From NCBI RefSeq assembly GCF_018977255.1, contig NW_024704742.1, positions 73,782,001 to 73,846,000 on the forward strand: DNA of 64,000 nucleotides. Reading direction: 5' to 3'. The notes below the pieces were generated by a model, which saw only the letters and a program-made list of their open reading frames with translations, was not told the origin of the DNA and did not search any database. This DNA is from Callorhinchus milii (Eukaryota). Shown here in pieces: positions 59,701 through 64,000 of this stretch. The position numbers were made by a program, and so were the translations under genes. The first letter of the stretch is position 1; every line of letters begins with the position of its first letter.

Positions 59701-62700
59701 ATAGGATGACCAAAAAAATTCTGATAAATACCCTATTATAAAAAAAACACAAAGAATATAATTTCTTTAAGACTTATTACACATTGTAATGGTATCACGA
59801 CTTTTTGATCACCCTATACAAAAACCTAAGCTGTACAGGCATACGTAACGGTCTGCATTTTGCACAGCACCATTCACTTCGGAAGGATATCTCAAAGCGC
59901 TTCACAGGAAATCCTGTGAAGTATAGTGACTTTTTTTGTAGGCAGACTTGGTATGAAGTGAGAATTTTAAATAACTTACATTGAGCTGAATTAACCAGGA
60001 AAGATTTCTATTAAATAAAATGTTTTTGATCTTTAAGGCTCCATGCTGTGAGAAGTTTTACGTTTGCCGTTTGTGTCACGATGACTTGGAAAATCACGAG
60101 TTGGATCGCTTCAAGGTCGCAGAGGTTCAGTGTGCAAAGTGTAAGACTGTTCAGCAGGTAATAACAAATCATTTCTATCTCGGAGTTCACCCATCTATTT
60201 CAATGTTGACTTTGGAAACTCCACAATATACAGTAGAAACCTGTGGTTTTGTTTTGGGTGGATGGTGAGAGGAGGTAAAAAAAAGAGATTGTTTTGTAAG
60301 GTTATCATTGCTCTGAAGCTAATTGTGGTGCTCCAATAGTAGTTTTTTGTTGATAGACTGCTGTTAAATTACATAATACTGAGAACCACCAGCAGCACAA
60401 ACATGCTGGGCATCAGTGAACCTTTGACACCGTATGGATGTGGACCACAATGGCCAAAGATTCAGTCACTAATTTTAAAAATGCTAAAGTGTTTCTTATT
60501 TCTACAGCGGTGATTTAAGACTTTTTGAAAGTCTTAACTTTCACATTAGTAGAAAACATGAAATCCCTACTATTCAACAAAATAATTGCTACAATTTTTA
60601 TCACACATCAGTGGAGCGAACTCTCTTAACAATCAAGGAAATTAGAGAATGCTAAACCTGGCAGGATTCATGTAATGTAAATTATCATCAGGAACTATAT
60701 CAAGAATATCTTCCCTTTTTACATCTGCAGTTGTTCACCCTTATTTGGAATGGCTGGATGCAATGACCTAGCACTATCTTCCACAGCTTTTCAATATATA
60801 GTAATTACTTTCTCCATTTATTTCAGAAGAGATTATTCTAACAATTTCAGTAATTCAATCTCATTTCCTCCTGCATCTGCTGCTTTTTCTGGCTTTTTGT
60901 TCCCATTTTTGTTTCACAGTAACCTAAAATATTTGACCTCTTGTAAAATAGTTACAAGATGTAAAATCATCTAGCGCCTTATAATAGCTCCTTTATCCTT
61001 CATACTGAAATGTCTTCGCTTAGCATGCCACACTCTGAAAGATATGCACTCTGTTTGAAAATACAGAGTATCCTCCTCCAATTTTCACTGGAACAGTGAA
61101 GGTTAAGGATGATTTAATGACAGTTTTCAATCTCCAAGATTTGAGAGGATAGGTAGTGAAAAATTATTTCCATTATTTGGTAAATGGATAATGTTGGAAG
61201 TAAACTCAGGTTTGCCACTAGAAGTCGTGAGGGAAAGATTCGAAGAACATTTTTCATGCAGAAGGTTATTAGCATGTGGCATATTTTGCCACAAATGTCT
61301 ATTTGGGCTGAGTTCATAACATTTAAAAAGGAATTCATTATTTGAATAGCAGCAACATAAAAGGATACCGGGAAAGGTCAGGGGTTAGATTTTTTCAATG
61401 GACAAGCAAGCACTGTCTTATGTTGTAATTTCTATGTTCTGTTGTAGTTTAAAAGTCAAGTGGTATGATTGTCAAACCATGTCGGAAACACATGACTTTT
61501 CTTTATAGGTGCAAAGGTCTTGTGAGAGCTGTGCTACTGTGTTTGGAGACTACTACTGTAGCATATGTCACCTATATGATATAGACAAAAAACAGTATCA
61601 TTGTTCAGCATGTGGCATTTGTAGGTGAGTATAAAGAGATAAATGTCACCTTCTTCATCTTTAGTACATGTGGCTTAACTAAATTGAGTACTTAATGACT
61701 TTACTTTTATTCTGTTCCACTAAGGGGATAGGTTTGCAGTGAAATCATGATCATCCCAATATATGACAGTTCCTGACTGCTGCTGGCAAGGGAATCTCCT
61801 CAAGTGAGGAGAACAAGCCAGAGTTAACAACAGAGGTGTTACGATGGAATCTCATTTGCTTTTTTACCTTTTGGAAGTGGAGTATTTCTCATCTTCCAGA
61901 CCTCTTTAATCTCCAAGGAAAGAATAGAATGGGAAAGACTGCTGGAAGGAGCATGATTGATGAGCCAAATGATTGATGGTTTCCTTACTCCATATGCCTG
62001 ATAATAAATCTTAAAAAAAAATTTGGTCACTCAGTCCAGGACTGTCTGTGGGACACTGCTGTGTGCAATTGGCCGCCATATTTCACCCACAAATATACAG
62101 TCGATTCACTTCACAGTAGAGTCCTGTAGCTCAGTGGTTAGAGCACTCGCTTTGCAAGCAAGAGACCTGAGTTCAATTCCAGGCACAGGGCGAAACCTTG
62201 GGCAAGTTTCCTTACTCCACACGCCTAATAATAATCCCTTCAAAAACCAAAAACAATAATAAATTGGTCATTTTCAATCTACGACTGTTTGTGGGACATT
62301 GCTGTGCGCAATTGGCTGCCGTGTTCGCCCACAAATATACAGTCAATTCACTTTACAGTGTGTTCTGTGAAGCGCTTTGGGACGTCCTCCCGACATGAAA
62401 AGCGCTATATCAAATGCAAGGATTATTATTATTCTGTGAAGCGCTTTGAGACGTCTAGAAGACATGAAAAGCGCTATATCAAATGCAAGGATTATTATTA
62501 TAAATGGCCTTTTCTCAAAAATGTTTTAATGTGTTTTATTGATCTATTGACAGCCCGTGTTGCCTCCCAGAAGTGTAACAAGCTGCAATATTTAAATAGC
62601 AACAACAACAAACAACAACAAAATTATATTTATAGAGCGCTTTTCACGTCAGGAGGATGTCCCAAGGCGCTGGACAGTCAGGGGTCAGGACCGAGCATGG

Positions 62701-63938
62701 GGGAGGGGTGGGGTAGAGGTGAGGGAAGTTAGAGAGGTGGGAGTGCGACTGAAGGCACGATCGAAGAAAAAGGTCTTGAGACCAGCCTTGGAGGAGGCGA
62801 GGGAGGACGCGAGGCGAAGGGACTGTGAGATGGAGTTCCAGAGTGTGGGCGCAGAGAGGCTGAAAGCCTGGCCACCGACTTTGTTTTTCAAGCAGAATGT
62901 TAATCTGGCATATGGAAGTAACTTTCGCATTTCACCAACAAATAAATTGCTTTTCCAGGGATCATAATCCTTTCTAAAAAAAAACAGCAAAAAAAACAAT
63001 AATAATTTGGTCACTTCAATCCACGACTGTTTGTAGGACACTGCTGTGCGCAATTGGCTGCTGCATTTTGCCCACAAATATACAGTCAATTCATTTGCCA
63101 GTTTATTCTGTGAAGCGCTTTGAGACATCTAGAAGACGTCAAAAGCAGTATATCAATGCAAGGATTATTATTTTCTCAAAATGTACCTCTTTGACCGTGC
63201 TTTCAGTCAGTTTTCTCCCCCTCAGCACGCCCACTCTATCCAGTATTGGCGAATGCTTTGAGACATCCTCCTGACGTGAAAGATGCTGTTTAAATGTATA
63301 TTGTGTTGTAAATCAGGTGGTTGCAGGACCTTTGCATGTATAGATACTTGCACCTTTTTAGTATATGCTACTCAGATAATTGCATTGATATTTTTTGCGC
63401 TCAATAGAGCAGTCGGTCTTCATAACCGGTGACTGTGTGTTAGTCCTTTCTAGGAATTGTCCCCTACCAAGTGGTGTCTGCCCTAGCCCGACTACTGCCT
63501 CACATAATAACACTGTATTACTGCTCATGCTCGTTTCTATAGAGGTTTGTGATCTGTATTCCTGAGACCATTGTACTCATAATAATAATAAAGAAAGCTC
63601 AGACCTTATAACATTATAAAATGCTGCCAGGTGATCAGATTGCTTTCATTCATTTAGATACATTCTGTATAGGTTACTGGAATACCTAAAATTGAGGAAC
63701 ACATTAGATTGAACAGAACAATTAATTTTGCATGGAAGCATTATTAATTCAGTAGTCTATGATGGCATAAGGCAGTTTTGGGGTTTTGCTATTGGCAGTA
63801 AAAGAGCACTAATCTGTTTTTGAAATTGCTGATTACTCATAACTTTTTTTTCTTAACAGGATTGGACCGAAGGAAATGTTTTTCCACTGTAGCAAATGCA
63901 ACTTCTGTCTTGCAATTCATCTTCGTGGAAACCACAAG
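53677..63938 (+). CDS. RCHY1: RCHY1/PIRH2 CHY zinc-finger and RING E3 ubiquitin ligase, 5' part: join(53677..53733,60038..60157,61509..61624,63860..63938); continues beyond the window
   Basis: Spliced product [124 protein letters not shown] is the CHY + CTCHY zinc-finger region of RCHY1. Confidence 0.95.
53780..56920. repeat. ~3.1 kb satellite of 16-bp units (CTGTGAGACTGTGTCC/A) with higher-order blocks in RCHY1 intron 1
   Basis: Direct inspection; marker GAGATTCTCTGTGACACTGTG recurs at 53895, 54197, 54743, 55601, 56398 and 56806. Confidence 0.95.
56925..57690 (+). mobile_element. Degenerate L2 RT-region fragment
   Basis: [65 protein letters not shown]. Confidence 0.87.
57855..59120 (-). 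mobile_element. L2 LINE (distinct subfamily), minus strand, RT to 3' tail
   Basis: Minus-strand ORFs: [67 protein letters not shown]; (CAA)n tail at 57855. Confidence 0.9.
60038..60157 (+). CDS. RCHY1: RCHY1 exon 2
   Basis: ctttaag acceptor; APCC..YxCRLCHD motif; CAG|gtaata donor; 120 nt. Confidence 0.95.
61190..61440 (+). mobile_element. CR1 3' end relic
   Basis: Coding relic R..FF.Q.V.S.W..LP, ending in TTTCTATGTTCT. Confidence 0.6.
61509..61624 (+). CDS. RCHY1: RCHY1 exon 3
   Basis: ctttatag acceptor; [26 protein letters not shown]|gtgagt donor; 116 nt. Confidence 0.95.
62119..62430 (+). mobile_element. Young tRNA-derived SINE nested in an older copy of the same family (host 61980-62118 and 62431-62501)
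   Basis: Near-identical to 37341-37651; host sequence resumes after the ATT tail. Confidence 0.9.
62600..62880 (-). mobile_element. L2 3' fragment, minus strand
   Basis: CAA tail, reverse stem-loop, [16 protein letters not shown] in reverse. Confidence 0.85.
63860..63938 (+). CDS. RCHY1: RCHY1 exon 4
   Basis: ttaacag acceptor; IGPKE.FFHC.KCN.CL....G.HK; AAG|gtagca donor; 79 nt. Confidence 0.94.
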
Positions 63939-64000
63939 GTAGCACAGTTTGTATTTGACTGGTGAAACAGATAATGATGAAGTCCTCATTTGTTTCCTTT

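Overview
This is vertebrate genomic DNA, most likely from a cartilaginous fish; that assignment is inferred from the DeuSINE/SacSINE1-like, L2 and CR1 repeat landscape. It holds two spliced protein-coding genes in tandem on the + strand. The first is a complete 10-exon SLC49A3 (MFSD7, MFS transporter of the FLVCR/SLC49 family), CDS 8040..45782, 1380 nt, 459 aa; all introns are GT-AG and phase-consistent. The second is exons 1-4 of RCHY1 (PIRH2, CHY zinc-finger/RING E3 ligase), starting at 53677 and running off the window. Introns are filled with 5'-truncated L2 LINEs, CR1 fragments, tRNA-headed SINEs with L2-type tails, older DeuSINE relics, a small hAT MITE and a hammerhead-like Penelope-type repeat. 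The most striking architecture is shared by both genes. Each promoter/first exon is a tiny (~150-300 bp) CpG/ETS-containing island, with a 5-6 kb G-rich tandem array upstream and a CA/GA(TG/TC)-type satellite starting right after the first splice donor. The long ORFs in the ORF track (Pro/His/Gly/Met/Asp-rich) are artefacts of these arrays. I found no convincing new protein-coding system; the leads are non-coding or architectural.
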